The notes beneath the pieces were generated by a model, which made no database searches, had not been told where the DNA came from, and worked only from the letters and a program-made list of their open reading frames with translations. A stretch of DNA of 64,000 bases from an uncultured cyanobacterium (GTDB lineage: Bacteria > Cyanobacteriota > Cyanobacteriia > Cyanobacteriales > CAWCAG01). Location: NCBI GenBank assembly GCA_963793425.1, contig CAWCAG010000009.1, positions 416,001 to 480,000 on the forward strand, read 5' to 3'. The position numbers were made by a program, and so were the translations under genes. Positions 19,980-30,774 of this stretch are shown piece by piece. The stretch's first letter is position 1. The number at the start of each line of letters is the position of its first letter.

Positions 19980-21458
19980 ATGCAAATTCGAGGAACGAAT
20001 CAATCCCAGTTAGACTGGGCTGGTGATGCCCTAGCTGTAGGCTTATTTGAAGAAGCCGTTGAAATTACGGGTGAACTGGCAACCTTAAATGACAAGTTAG
20101 CTGGAACCATTAAAGAATTAATTGCAGAAACAGAATTTGAGGGTAAAGCCAATAGTACAGCCGTAACTCGCGTTGGTGGTAATAGCCCCATTCGGAAAAT
20201 TATTTTAGTGGGTTTAGGAAAGCCCGATGAATTAAACCTAGACCGTTTGCGCCGTTGTGGGGCTGCGATCGCCAGAATTGCCAAACAGGAGAAAGTTAAA
20301 ACTGTAGGTATTAGTTTACCTGTAGTTCAAGAAGATTCTGCGACTACGGCTCAAGTTATTACTGAAGGCATAGTTTTAGCTCTTCATCAGGATAACCGTT
20401 TTAAGTCTGACCCAGAAGAAAAAAAAGAACTAAAACTAGAAACTGTTGATTTGTTGGGTTTATCAGGACAAGAAGCAGCCATCAACCATGCTGAACAAGT
20501 TAGCGCTGGGGTGATTTTAGCACGGGAATTAGTTGCTGCCCCAGCTAATACGGTAACTCCCCTTACCATGGCTGAAACTGCCCAAGAAATTGCCTCTGAA
20601 CATGGTTTAGAGTTAGAAATTTTAGAGCGGGAAGATTGTGAGAAACTGGGTATGGGAGCCTTTTTAGGAGTAGCGATGGCTTCGGATCTACCTCCTAAAT
20701 TTATTCACCTTACCTATAAACCTCAAGGTACACCAAGGCGCAAGGTGGCTATTGTGGGCAAAGGAGTTACCTTTGATTCTGGAGGATTGAATATTAAAGG
20801 TGCTGGTAGCGGCATCGAAACCATGAAAATGGATATGGGCGGCGGGGCAGCTACTTTAGGGACAGCTAAAGCTATCGGTTTATTGAAGCCGGATGTTGAG
20901 GTTCATTTTATCAGTGCTGTGGCCGAAAATATGATCAGCGGTCATGCTATGCACCCAGGAGATATTTTAACCGCTTCCAATGGTAAAACCATTGAAGTTA
21001 ACAATACCGACGCTGAAGGGCGCTTAACCCTAGCAGATGCTTTAGTATTTGCCGAAAAGCTAGAAGTAGATGCCATCGTCGATCTTGCCACCTTAACTGG
21101 GGCTTGTATTGTTGCCCTAGGAAACGAAATAGCGGGTTTGTGGAGTAGCGATGAGGACTTAGGGACACAAATTAAAGAAGCAGCAGAAGCAGCAGGAGAA
21201 AAGTTTTGGCAAATGCCTATGGAAGAGAAGTATTTTAAGGGTTTGAAATCTCCCATCGCCGATATGAAAAATACTGGCCCCCGTGCTGGTGGTTCCATCA
21301 CAGCAGCGTTATTCTTAAAACAGTTTGTCGAGAAAACCCCTTGGGCCCATTTAGATGTGGCAGGGCCAGTTTGGGCAGACAAAGACAATGGAGTTAACAA
21401 TTCTGGGGCCACCGGTTTCCCCGTCAGAACTTTAGTTAACTGGGTTTTACAAAGTTAA
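19980..21458 (+). CDS. pepA: Leucyl aminopeptidase (M17)
   Basis: [39 protein letters not shown]. Confidence 0.97.
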   Translation: MQIRGTNQSQLDWAGDALAVGLFEEAVEITGELATLNDKLAGTIKELIAETEFEGKANSTAVTRVGGNSPIRKIILVGLGKPDELNLDRLRRCGAAIARIAKQEKVKTVGISLPVVQEDSATTAQVITEGIVLALHQDNRFKSDPEEKKELKLETVDLLGLSGQEAAINHAEQVSAGVILARELVAAPANTVTPLTMAETAQEIASEHGLELEILEREDCEKLGMGAFLGVAMASDLPPKFIHLTYKPQGTPRRKVAIVGKGVTFDSGGLNIKGAGSGIETMKMDMGGGAATLGTAKAIGLLKPDVEVHFISAVAENMISGHAMHPGDILTASNGKTIEVNNTDAEGRLTLADALVFAEKLEVDAIVDLATLTGACIVALGNEIAGLWSSDEDLGTQIKEAAEAAGEKFWQMPMEEKYFKGLKSPIADMKNTGPRAGGSITAALFLKQFVEKTPWAHLDVAGPVWADKDNGVNNSGATGFPVRTLVNWVLQS

Positions 21459-21478
21459 CCAACTACCCAAAAACAGTA

Positions 21479-21514
21479 ATTGACGCTTAAGATGATCTTC
21501 TCTTAAGCGTCAAT
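21479..21514. terminator. Stem-loop after pepA
   Basis: Perfect 14-bp inverted repeat ATTGACGCTTAAGA / TCTTAAGCGTCAAT with an 8-nt loop, 20 nt after the stop. No U-tract. Confidence 0.6.
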
Positions 21515-21837
21515 CACAACCCAAAACCTAGAATTGCACACAGACTTAATTTAATTAATATTTGCGGGTGTCATACTAAACTTAAGAGCATGACAATTTC
21601 TTTTAATAGTTGCACTTCCTTACCTTAAAATCAAGGTCTTAAAATTTTTCATTATTCAATAGTTAATACACCCTGAATAAAAACGACTCATCTAATTTGC
21701 TCCTATAAATATCATCTAGGATGTATGTTTGCGATTATGTATACGTTGGTGTTGATTTTTGTATACGTTTAGGGAAAATTAAAAAAAAGTCTGCTCTTTC
21801 AATAAACGTTGGGAGATGGGAAGAAGTTTTTAAAAAC

Positions 21838-21870
21838 AAAAGCAGAGAGTTAAATTAACTCTCTGCTTTT
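21838..21870. terminator. Bidirectional-type intrinsic terminator downstream of tRNA-Arg
   Basis: AAAAGCAGAGAGTTA-aat-TAACTCTCTGCTTTT perfect inverted repeat with A and T tails. Confidence 0.8.
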
Positions 21871-21907
21871 ACCATAAACTTTCTAATAAGGTCATGGGTT
21901 TAATATA

Positions 21908-21981
21908 CGGGCCAGGAGGGATTCGAACCCCCGACACCGTGGTCCGTAGCCACGTGCTCTAGTCCACTGAGCTACAGGCCC
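21908..21981 (-). tRNA. trnR-ACG: tRNA-Arg (anticodon ACG), CCA not encoded
   Basis: Reverse complement GGGCCTGTAGCTCAGTGGACTAGAGCACGTGGCTACGGACCACGGTGTCGGGGGTTCGAATCCCTCCTGGCCCG. Anticodon arm CGTGG-CTACGGA-CCACG; T-loop GTTCGAATC. Confidence 0.97.
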
Positions 21982-22019
21982 CTATCTAGATACATTATCC
22001 TAGCATATAATCTCAAAAC

Positions 22020-22538
22020 ATGGAACAAAATTCTTCCGCCCCAAAGCCCCTAACCCATTTAGATAGCCAAGGGCAAGCCCAAATGGTTGATGTATCCCAC
22101 AAAAACCCTACCCGCCGCCAAGCAGTGGCGATGGGTCAAGTGAAGATGTTACACAGTACCCTCGAAGCCATTGAAGCTGGCAATAGCCCCAAAGGAGATG
22201 TTCTGGGTACAGCCAGGTTAGCGGGTATTATGGCAGCGAAACAAACAGCACAACTTATTCCTTTGTGTCATCCTCTACCTTTACATAAAATAGAAGTTAA
22301 CCTAACCGCTGCCCCTCAGTTACCGGGTTATCTTATTCAAGCTTCTGTGATTACGAAAGCAGAAACAGGAGTAGAAATGGAGGCTTTAACAGCAGTTTCT
22401 GTAGCTGCGTTAACTTTGTACGACATGGCTAAGGCTTTGGAAAAGTCTATGGAAATTACAGATATTCATTTGGTTAGTAAGACTGGGGGGAAGTCGGGAA
22501 GTTGGGAGACTGAGAAACTGAGAAACTGGGAGAATTAA
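22020..22538 (+). CDS. moaC: Cyclic pyranopterin monophosphate synthase
   Basis: [45 protein letters not shown]. Confidence 0.97.
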   Translation: MEQNSSAPKPLTHLDSQGQAQMVDVSHKNPTRRQAVAMGQVKMLHSTLEAIEAGNSPKGDVLGTARLAGIMAAKQTAQLIPLCHPLPLHKIEVNLTAAPQLPGYLIQASVITKAETGVEMEALTAVSVAALTLYDMAKALEKSMEITDIHLVSKTGGKSGSWETEKLRNWEN

Positions 22539-22543
22539 TGAAC

Positions 22544-22566
22544 TTTCGCTTTGCCCCAAAGCGAAA
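22544..22566. terminator. Stem-loop between convergent moaC and the aldo/keto reductase
   Basis: TTTCGCTTTG-ccc-CAAAGCGAAA 10-bp inverted repeat. Confidence 0.7.
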
Positions 22567-23525
22567 TTACCATTTCCACATGACAGGATCGCTGTCGAGA
22601 TGATCGGTTACGTGGTGGCTGATTTGGTCGATTTCTTTGAGTTCTTCTTCAGAAAGCTTAACCTCGGCAGCCTTAGCGTTGGCGGAAGCTTGTTGGGCAT
22701 TTCTTGCACCGGCGATCGCATTACTTTGGGGTTGGGCGATTAACCAAGCCAGGGCTAGTTGAGCTAAACTACAATCATGATTCTTAGCTAAGGGACGAAG
22801 TTTATCAAGGGCTTCTTGCGCTCTTTGGTAGTTTTCTCCTTGAAAAAGCTTGTTTTTAGAACGATGATCACCTTCTGCAAATTGGTGATCTGGCCAAATT
22901 TTCCGGTTAATAATCCCTGGGCAAGGGAAGAATAGGCAAGAATAGAAATATTATTTTCTACACAATAATCCCTAGCATCGGTTTCTACTTGTCGCCAAAA
23001 TAGAGAATAGGGTGGTTGTAAGCTATCAATGCGCCCATATTGTGTGGCTTCAGTTAGCTGACTACGAGAAAAGTTAGAAACGCCAATCGCTCTGATTTTA
23101 CCTTGTTCTTTGAGTTTGTTCAGAGCGTTCATCGTTTCTTCTACTGGTACAACCTCACTATTAAAGTTACCAGAAGGCCAATGAATTTGGTAGAGATCAA
23201 GATAGTCGGTTTGAAGATTTTTTAAAGAGCGATCGCAAGCTTCAATTACTTGATCATACTTAAGATGGTTGGCAAAGACTTTAGAAGCATAAACAACCTG
23301 TTCTCTCACATCAGCCAAGGCTTTGGCAACAACTTGTTCTGAATGTCCTTCCCCATAAACCTCGGCTGTATCAATGGTAGTAATACCAGCCTCAAAAGCA
23401 GCCCGGATTGCTTTAATACTCTCTTCATCTTCAATACCCACCCACATCCGCTTACCGGCTTGCCAAGTTCCCATCAAAATTGGCGATATTTGTACCTCAG
23501 AGTTACCTAAAGTTCGTGTTTCCAT
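22567..23525 (-). pseudogene. Aldo/keto reductase split by a one-base deletion near 22892 (frameshift or sequencing error)
   Basis: DTAEVYG, YLDLYQIHWP, IGVSNF, LAQGLLTGKF. Adding one base continues as GPDHQFAEGDHR...LAQLALAWL...GARNAQQ...PVMWKW* with TAA at 22567-22569. Confidence 0.9.
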
Positions 23526-23648
23526 ACTTCGTACATCTGTTGTTAAATCTTCATTTTTATCTTGACACACAAAAACTCTTCCTATCTATAGCTGCTGGTA
23601 GTGTGATCGCTTCATTTTTTGTACATCAAAAGATTTAGGCGGGTATAA

Positions 23649-23663
23649 TGATAACCATTATCA
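23649..23663 (+). promoter_or_regulatory. Probable Zur (FurB) box overlapping a TATAAT -10 element
   Basis: TGATAACCATTATCA is one mismatch from the cyanobacterial 7-1-7 TGATAATnATTATCA. TATAAT at 23644-23649. Sits upstream of a Zn-binding lipoprotein gene. Confidence 0.8.
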
Positions 23664-23709
23664 TCAAGATTGTCTCCAATCTAGGTTTAAAGGATAGGAA
23701 GTAAAATTA

Positions 23710-24690
23710 ATGCTCAAAACTCTCAGCCTCTTAATCAGTGTTGCCATCACTACGGGTCTATTAGGTTGCACTGAAAGTAGCCAGATAAATAAAGAGAATA
23801 CCAACGCTACAGAAGCAAAAGGAAAGCCGCAAGTAGTAGTTTCTAGTAGCATTCTCTGCGACTTAACCGCAAAAATCGCCCAAGAAACCATCGCCCAAAC
23901 CTGTTTAATAGCAAGAGAACAAGACTCCCATAGCTACACTACAACTACTGCTAATCGCAAAGCCATTGAAACAGCACAGCTAGTTCTTTATGATGGGTAT
24001 GATTTAATACCAGCTATTGAGGATATAGTAGAATCATCTGTAGATACTCCTGCTAATAAGGTGGCTGTTTATGAAGAAGCTGTTACCGAACCAATCATGG
24101 CGAAGCATGACCACCATGAGCATGAAGGGGAAGAACTTGAAGCTGATCCCCATGTTTGGCATAATGTACAAAATGTGATTGCGGCTGTAGAAGTTATTGA
24201 AAAAGAACTAGCAGCCGTTAACCCAGAAGAAAAGCAATTCTATGAAGATAATGCCAAACAGTTTAAAAGAGAATTAGAAGAGTTAGATAGTTGGGTGAAA
24301 AAGCAAGTTGCCACTATTCCCCAACAAAAACGTACTTTGGTAACCACCCACGAAGCTTTTAACTACTACATCCAAGCCTATGGCTTTGAAGGTAGCGAAG
24401 CTTTGCAGGGATTAAGTACAGAGGATTCACCGGCAGCAGCGGATGTAAAAAAATTAGTTAAGATGCTGAGAGAAACTCAAGTACCAACTATTTTTTCTGA
24501 AGCAGCAAGTAACGACAAAATTATTGCGACAGTTGCCCGTGAAGCTGCGGTTAAGGTAGCTGAGGAGAGTTTGCTTACCGATGCTTTAGGGAAAAAAGAT
24601 AGTGAAACAGGTACTTACATTGGCATGATGGTTACCAATACCTGTACCATTGTCGAAGGTTTGGACGGTCAATGTAATGGCTTTTTCTAG
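23710..24690 (+). CDS. Zn/Mn ABC transporter substrate-binding lipoprotein (ZnuA-like)
   Basis: Lipobox LLGC, DSHSY, His-rich loop HDHHEHE, DPHVW, THEAFNYY. Confidence 0.9.
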   Translation: MLKTLSLLISVAITTGLLGCTESSQINKENTNATEAKGKPQVVVSSSILCDLTAKIAQETIAQTCLIAREQDSHSYTTTTANRKAIETAQLVLYDGYDLIPAIEDIVESSVDTPANKVAVYEEAVTEPIMAKHDHHEHEGEELEADPHVWHNVQNVIAAVEVIEKELAAVNPEEKQFYEDNAKQFKRELEELDSWVKKQVATIPQQKRTLVTTHEAFNYYIQAYGFEGSEALQGLSTEDSPAAADVKKLVKMLRETQVPTIFSEAASNDKIIATVAREAAVKVAEESLLTDALGKKDSETGTYIGMMVTNTCTIVEGLDGQCNGFF

Positions 24691-24748
24691 TGTTAAAAGT
24701 TATGGTTGACATTGGTTTCTCATTCATCCATCAATTCCTGTTAAGCCC

Positions 24749-25564
24749 TTGAATATTCGTTTATTAATCCTCGATATTGACGGCACAATTGCCGGGGAAT
24801 CTAACCAAGTACGTGATGCTGTAATTAAAGCAGTGGAAAAGGTACAAAAGGAAGGAATAATGGTTGCTTTGGCTACCGGAAGAATGTATTGTTCTGCCCT
24901 GCGGTTTTACAAAACTATTGGTTCTAAATTACCTCTTATTGCTTATAATGGCGCTTGGATACAAAACCCTCAAACCGGAAAACTTCTCCGGCATCTTCCT
25001 CTTCCATCAGAAGTTGCTGAGGAATTATTAGATTATTTAGAACAACAAAAGTTTGCTTCTCTATTGGGGATACATTTTTATATCCAAGATAAACTATATG
25101 TTCAAGAAATAACCCAAAGAACAAAGAATTATGCTGCACGTTCTGGTGTTCAACCAACCCAAGTAGAAGATTTACATCAAGTTATTTCTTCTTTGCCAAC
25201 TAAGGTTTTAACCCTTAGTGATGATGTGGAAATAATTAAGCAGTTGACCCAAAGTTTACAGGAGCATTACGAAAATAGTAAGGTATATATTACTCAATCT
25301 ACTCCTACTTTCGTAGAAGCAACTTCTATGACAGCGAATAAAGGTAATGCTGTTCGTTATTTAACAGAAGAAGTGCTGGGTTTAAAAGCAGAAAATGTGA
25401 TGGCTATCGGTGATAATTTTAATGATTGGGAAATGCTTAAATATGCTCAAATTGGTGTAGCTATGGGAGATGGGCCGGAAGAAGTACAAAAATTAGCCCA
25501 GTGGGTAGCTCCAGGAGTAGAGGAAGATGGAGTTGTAGCAGCGATTGAAAAGTTTTTGCTTTGA
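24749..25564 (+). CDS. Cof-type HAD-IIB hydrolase
   Basis: LDIDGT, ATGR, NKG, AIGDNFND motifs. Confidence 0.93.
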   Translation: MNIRLLILDIDGTIAGESNQVRDAVIKAVEKVQKEGIMVALATGRMYCSALRFYKTIGSKLPLIAYNGAWIQNPQTGKLLRHLPLPSEVAEELLDYLEQQKFASLLGIHFYIQDKLYVQEITQRTKNYAARSGVQPTQVEDLHQVISSLPTKVLTLSDDVEIIKQLTQSLQEHYENSKVYITQSTPTFVEATSMTANKGNAVRYLTEEVLGLKAENVMAIGDNFNDWEMLKYAQIGVAMGDGPEEVQKLAQWVAPGVEEDGVVAAIEKFLL

Positions 25565-25581
25565 AAAGGTAAGTAATAGAT

Positions 25582-26013
25582 ATGACTACTAAATCTCAAA
25601 TGAAAGCTTATAGTTGCCCTATTGAAAAGTTGCCTGGGCTGAGTGAACAGAATAAAATTCAACTTAAAGCTTGCGGCATCAATAATAGTAAGCAACTATT
25701 ACAAAAAGCTGGTACTGTTCAGTTACAAAATGCGATCGCAACTCAATTACAAATTAATGTTAACTACATTAAGAAATGGGTTGCCTTGGCTGATTTAGCC
25801 CGCTTACCTAATGTTGGTTATAAATATTGTGGAGTTTTGCTACATTCCGGCATTGCTTCTGTGGTTCAGCTAGCTCAAACTCCTCCCCACAGACTACATC
25901 GGCAAATTTTAAAAATGCAAGTAGCGACTATGCAACGCCGGGATTTGTGTCCCACAATAGATGAAGTTCAAAAGTGGGTTGAACAAGCAGGTACAATGAT
26001 CAATAATCATTGA
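25582..26013 (+). CDS. DUF4332-type helix-hairpin-helix protein
   Basis: IEKLPGL, KWVALADLAR, LLHSGIASV, WVEQA pattern. Confidence 0.75.
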   Translation: MTTKSQMKAYSCPIEKLPGLSEQNKIQLKACGINNSKQLLQKAGTVQLQNAIATQLQINVNYIKKWVALADLARLPNVGYKYCGVLLHSGIASVVQLAQTPPHRLHRQILKMQVATMQRRDLCPTIDEVQKWVEQAGTMINNH

Positions 26014-26023
26014 TCAATATAAT

Positions 26024-27049
26024 TCATTTCTGGCACAGGAGCAAGCCAAACCAACCCTGTTTATCTGCCCAAACTTGTAAGGAATTTAAACCTTGACTAG
26101 ATAAATATTGTTGCATTTTTTGTAAATCAAACTTACGAGATATTTCTGTTAAAATAGCTTCTTTTTGCTTAAACTTCACTTCTAAATCAAGACTTTTCAA
26201 GCAAACTGTTTGGTCAACTTCACTAACTAAATAAAGTTCGATTTGCGATTTTTCTGTATTATAAATAGCATGATGGGAAAACAGACTAAGGTTAAAATCA
26301 CCACGAAAACGCCAGTTTAAATGGCGTAGCATATTAAGATTAAATGCTGCTGTTATACCTTGGCTATCATTATAAGCCGCTTCAAGAACTTCTTGAGGTT
26401 TTTGTAAATCGATACCTAAAAGAAAATAATCTCCTGGTTCTAAAGAATTATTCACTTTTTCTAAGAAAAGATTGCACTCTTCCGGACTCAAGTTACCTAA
26501 AGTACTGCCTAAGAAGAAAACTAAACGGCTAGGAAAAGAAGAGGGATTAAGTTTAGCTAAAGCTTGTTCATAAGTGGCAACCAAACCTTCTATTTGCAGG
26601 GAAGTATAATCTTGCAGTAACTGCCTCGCACTATGTTCTAATATCTCCGCGCTGACATCAATAGGAATGTAGCGTAGATTAGGACTTAATTCTTGATAAG
26701 CATCTAATAAAAAGCGAGTTTTGGTTGAACTACCGCTACCTAATTCTACTAACTCACAAGCCCCCGTTAGGCGAGCAGTTTCTGGGGCATATTGCTTTAA
26801 TAAAGAGCCTTCAGTACGAGTTAAATAGTATTCTGGCAATTCACAAATTTTCTCAAATAATTGTGAGCCAACTTCATCATAAAAATAGCGAGGAGAAAGT
26901 GATTTTGTTGTTTTACTTAACCCTGCTATAACATCTTTACCGTCATCTACCTTTAGTTCTAAATCAGGCTTAAGTAAATGTCTAACTTCTAGACGATGTT
27001 CTTTTACAGCTAAGCTGGGGTTTTCTTTAGCACTCTGATAAGTTGACAT
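26024..27049 (-). CDS. egtD: L-histidine N(alpha)-methyltransferase (ergothioneine biosynthesis)
   Basis: YFYDEVGSQLFEKICELPEYY, ELGSGSSTKT, FLGSTLGN, AYNDSQGITAAFNLN, TEISRKF. Confidence 0.95.
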   Translation of the reverse strand: MSTYQSAKENPSLAVKEHRLEVRHLLKPDLELKVDDGKDVIAGLSKTTKSLSPRYFYDEVGSQLFEKICELPEYYLTRTEGSLLKQYAPETARLTGACELVELGSGSSTKTRFLLDAYQELSPNLRYIPIDVSAEILEHSARQLLQDYTSLQIEGLVATYEQALAKLNPSSFPSRLVFFLGSTLGNLSPEECNLFLEKVNNSLEPGDYFLLGIDLQKPQEVLEAAYNDSQGITAAFNLNMLRHLNWRFRGDFNLSLFSHHAIYNTEKSQIELYLVSEVDQTVCLKSLDLEVKFKQKEAILTEISRKFDLQKMQQYLSSQGLNSLQVWADKQGWFGLLLCQK

Positions 27050-27181
27050 TTCTAATGTATTTTAAGTTGTTGACTGTTGGTTGTTACTAAGTACAATTCT
27101 ATCAACTGTACAACTTATTAGCTATACTAAGCTATTAAACATTACCAAGGTAAGAAAAAAAGTATTATCACTTATTACTTG

Positions 27182-28003
27182 TTACTTATTACCTACCCAT
27201 TCCTGAAGCTGTACCAATTCTTCTTTAGGCATATTACGGAGATTTTCTAAACCAGGAAAACCACTTTTCTCTACATCTTTCTGGTAGCTTTTAATAGTTT
27301 CTAAAGTAAGAGCTTGATAGTCTTGATACTTTTTGGCTAATCTTAACTTCCGAGGAGTAATACCCAAAATATCATTAACAATCAGAACTTGACCATCAGT
27401 AAATCTGCCAGAACCAATACCAATAGTAGGAATTTGTAACTTGCTAGTAATAACTTGCCCTAACTCTTCAGGAACTAATTCCAACACCAGCATAAATGTT
27501 CCCAGTTTTTCTAGCTTAATTGCGCTGGAAATTATTTCTTTTGCTTGCTCAAACTTTTTACCTTGAACTGCTTTTTCTTGCTGAGTTTGAGGCATTAAAC
27601 CAAGATGCCCACAAACTTTAATATCTTGTTCTACTAAGCATTTCACTACATCCTCCCGCACCCCCTCTAACTTGACACAATCAGCCCCATTTTCTACCAG
27701 CCTCTGGGCATTTGCTAAAGCTTGTTGAGGAGTTTCATAGGATTTGTGGGGTAAGTCGGCCAGGATATAACTTTCTTTCACTCCTCGACACACTGCTTTG
27801 AGATGATGGACAATATCATCCATCGTCACTTGGGTTTCATCCTCATAACCAAGAATGTTAGTTCCTACACTATCTCCAACAAAGATGACATCTATGCCAG
27901 CACGATCTTCCAAAATTGCGGTAGGGTAATCGTAACAAGTTAGGGCAGTAATTTTTTGCTGCCGGAGCTTTTTTTGTTGTAGATACTCTGAAGTTTTCTT
28001 CAT
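27182..28003 (-). CDS. panB: 3-methyl-2-oxobutanoate hydroxymethyltransferase
   Basis: LTCYD, VGDSVG, ADLP, VKLEG, GHLGLMPQ, PTIGIG, DGQVL. Confidence 0.95.
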   Translation of the reverse strand: MKKTSEYLQQKKLRQQKITALTCYDYPTAILEDRAGIDVIFVGDSVGTNILGYEDETQVTMDDIVHHLKAVCRGVKESYILADLPHKSYETPQQALANAQRLVENGADCVKLEGVREDVVKCLVEQDIKVCGHLGLMPQTQQEKAVQGKKFEQAKEIISSAIKLEKLGTFMLVLELVPEELGQVITSKLQIPTIGIGSGRFTDGQVLIVNDILGITPRKLRLAKKYQDYQALTLETIKSYQKDVEKSGFPGLENLRNMPKEELVQLQEWVGNK

Positions 28004-28021
28004 CGAAGTATTCGACCGATT

Positions 28022-28684
28022 TTAATTCGGTTGCCTGTTGGTTGTTGTTGGGGAATCTGAGTTGTTTAAAGGAAATAGTTGAGGCAGAATCAAGCCTGAA
28101 TTAGCTTTGTATGCCTCAAACTCAGGGTAGCGAGAGAGAGAGGTGTCTTTTTTTCGCATATTGGGCAAGAAGACTGCGGCAACAAACAAGCCGAGAATAA
28201 GGAAAGGAAGCCAATGTTGCGCTAGCAAAGCAAAACCAGTGTAAATAAAAATTTCTCCCAAATAATTGGTATTGCGACAACGGGTAAAGAAACCTTCTGT
28301 GATTAAACCTTGTCTATATTTTAAGGTAAAGTATTTTTGGGCATCGCTGCCGTAATGGAGAAAGACACCAATTATGTTAATTGCGATCGCAAAAGCAATT
28401 AAGGGGGGTGCGGGTTCAGAACCACTACTAATTAATAGAAATGGTGCTACCCAATATAGCCCGATCACCAAAAAAACAATCGGACTTAGCCAGAGAGGAA
28501 TTTGTTGTTCCCATTGGGCATCGGGATAAATTTTATCTTTCAACAACCACAAGAACCCATAAGTACCATGAAGGGCAAGATAAACCCAAGGTGCAATAGT
28601 AAAGTTCTGGTACAGGAACATCAAGCCCAAAATAACAAAGAAGGTAAATCCTTTGTGCAAATTAATGATGTGTTTGATTTTCAC
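28022..28684 (-). CDS. DUF1295 / steroid-5-alpha-reductase / ICMT-like membrane protein
   Basis: Several TM segments, DAQKYFTLK, LITEGFF, RNTNYLGE, YPEFEAYK. Confidence 0.75.
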   Translation of the reverse strand: MKIKHIINLHKGFTFFVILGLMFLYQNFTIAPWVYLALHGTYGFLWLLKDKIYPDAQWEQQIPLWLSPIVFLVIGLYWVAPFLLISSGSEPAPPLIAFAIAINIIGVFLHYGSDAQKYFTLKYRQGLITEGFFTRCRNTNYLGEIFIYTGFALLAQHWLPFLILGLFVAAVFLPNMRKKDTSLSRYPEFEAYKANSGLILPQLFPLNNSDSPTTTNRQPN

Positions 28685-29123
28685 GGTTTAGTACATCCTA
28701 ACCAATGATAAAGGGAACCTAAAATTTCTAGTTCTCGTCAAACTCAGGATAATGTAGTTTAGTTAAGTTATCTCAGACAAGCTAGAAACCTCAGAGAGTT
28801 GAGACTCTTCTTATCAAAAATATTTGGCTTGCGACTCTATTTAAGAAAATTGAAGAAATTAAATTGACCTCTATTCTCACCATTCCTTTAATTTTGCCCC
28901 ATTACTTCTCGAAATCCTGGCCCCGGCTATCTTCCATTTTCTCCTCTAGAGAGCAAATAAAAATTAGTTTAATTCACCTCACTTAGGTTAATATATTTAA
29001 GCTTTATCACCGTAAGTAAAAAGGGCTAATCCTGCTGATCACCAGAATAGTTTCAGCATAGACAAACGACTCACCGATTTTATCTTTAATTAGTTATTTT
29101 TCACTTTTTTACGAATTGCTAAC

Positions 29124-30702
29124 ATGAGAACTCCCCTTATCGCTAAGTTCCAAGTCTTAAAAATTTACTGGTTCTTACTGACCCTTGGTTCTATTTTATT
29201 TCTCTCCTCTCCTGCTGAAGCTGGGAGACTAGTGAGGTGGAAATTCGACCGTACTCAAAACCGCTTAGAATTTAAAACTGACGATCGGGTTCAGCCTCAA
29301 GCACAATTAATTTTTAACCCTACTCGTTTAGTGATTGACTTACCGGGAACCACCTTGGGACAACAAACAGTGAACCAATCTGTAGGAGGTGCAATTCGCC
29401 AAATTAGAGTTGGTCAATTTAATGATTCTACTACTCGTATGGTGGTAGAACTCGCACCAGGATATACCATCGATCCGCAAAAGGTTGAGTTTAGAGGTGC
29501 TGATCCTACCCAGTGGTTTGTTACCCTGCCTACTCCCCAAAGAATATCTCAACAACCATCCCCATCCCCATCCCCATCTCCCACTCCATCTCCATCCCCA
29601 TCTCCCATCTCCAGCCCAAAACCTCCCCAATTCTGCTTTTCAAGTTACGAGGAATGGTTTAGTGGTTTCCCTAGCAGGGCAAAAATTAGCTGAAGACGAT
29701 ATTAGAATCAAACCCAATCGCCGTCGTGGATTAGTAGAAATTGATCTTAGAGGAATTACCTTACCTTCTAGTTTGGTAGATAAAGCTACTGCTGTTACTA
29801 GTGATGTAGTTAATCAAATCCAATTTAGTCAAGAATCAGAAAACTTAGCCCGTATCACTCTCCAAGTTCCTAAAGATAGTCCAGAATGGAATGCTTTTTT
29901 CAGCAATAGATTAGATAGTTTGCTGATCATACCAAGGGGAGGAGGAAACTTTGAACCCACAACCTTAGTAATTCCTCCTCAAAACGAATCTACTGACCCC
30001 GTAGTAACTAACCCCACCAACCCCGATAGGGACATTTCTGTTCCTCCCCCCGACTCAAATCAACTACCAACTCCACCACCCACCACCCCAGTTCCACCTA
30101 TCAGAAAAGATGGTAGAGTACTTGTTACCATAGATCCTGGTCACGGAGGCAAAGATCCTGGTGCTATTGGTATTGGCGGACTGCGGGAAGTAGATGTGGT
30201 TTTACCCATCTCCTTAGAAATGACGGAGATGTTGAACCAAAATGGGGTACAAGTACAATTAACCCGCGATGCAGATTACTTTGTTACCCTGGCAGGACGC
30301 ACTCAACTAGCTAATCGCGTTGGTTCTGATCTTTTTGTCAGCATTCATGCTAACGCAGCACCTGGGGCGCGTCCGGGGGCAAATGGAGTAGAAACCTTTT
30401 ACCATACCAGCGGTCGTAGCCTAGCAGCAGCAATTCAAAATTCCATCATGGAAAGGTTTGATATGAATAACCGGGGGGTAAAAAAGGCGCGTTTCTACGT
30501 TTTGAGAACTTCCAGGATGCCTTCAGCTTTGGTAGAAGTGGGTTTTGTCACAGGAAATGAAGACTCGCGGGTACTTGCTAACTCCGCTTGTCGCACAGAA
30601 ATGGCTAAGGCGATCACAGTAGGAATTTTGCGTTACAGTCGCATCCAAGAACCCTATACTGGTGTTGAGGCGGATGATTCGAGTTGTCCTGCTATTAAGT
30701 GA
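29124..30702 (+). pseudogene. amiC: AMIN-domain N-acetylmuramoyl-L-alanine amidase split by one extra C at ~29604-29606 (frameshift or sequencing error)
   Basis: First frame: signal peptide, AMIN (PTRLVIDLP, IRVGQF, TRMVVEL) and PS linker. Second frame: IDPGHGGKDPGA, LFVSIHANA, LVEVGF. Removing one C from TCTCCCATCT joins them. Confidence 0.88.
29556..29613 (+). repeat. Imperfect hexamer repeat (CCATCY)n encoding a Pro-Ser linker
   Basis: CCATCC/CCATCT units inside the amidase gene. Confidence 0.85.
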
Positions 30703-30774
30703 GGAAGAAGGTAGTGGGGAGTAGGGAGTTAGGGAAGTTGAGTTTCTTGTTCATTAACGTAACCTTTCTTGCCT

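Noticed and set aside
20000..21412. Antisense and alternate-frame ORFs overlapping pepA, and similar ones over the ArsB-like gene, thiG neighbour, pentapeptide gene, pyrG and mrdA
   Set aside because: Shadow ORFs of well-supported genes, with no motifs of their own.
21908..21981. tRNA as an integration site for an island or prophage
   Set aside because: No integrase, no duplicated tRNA 3' end noticed, and the flanks are housekeeping genes.
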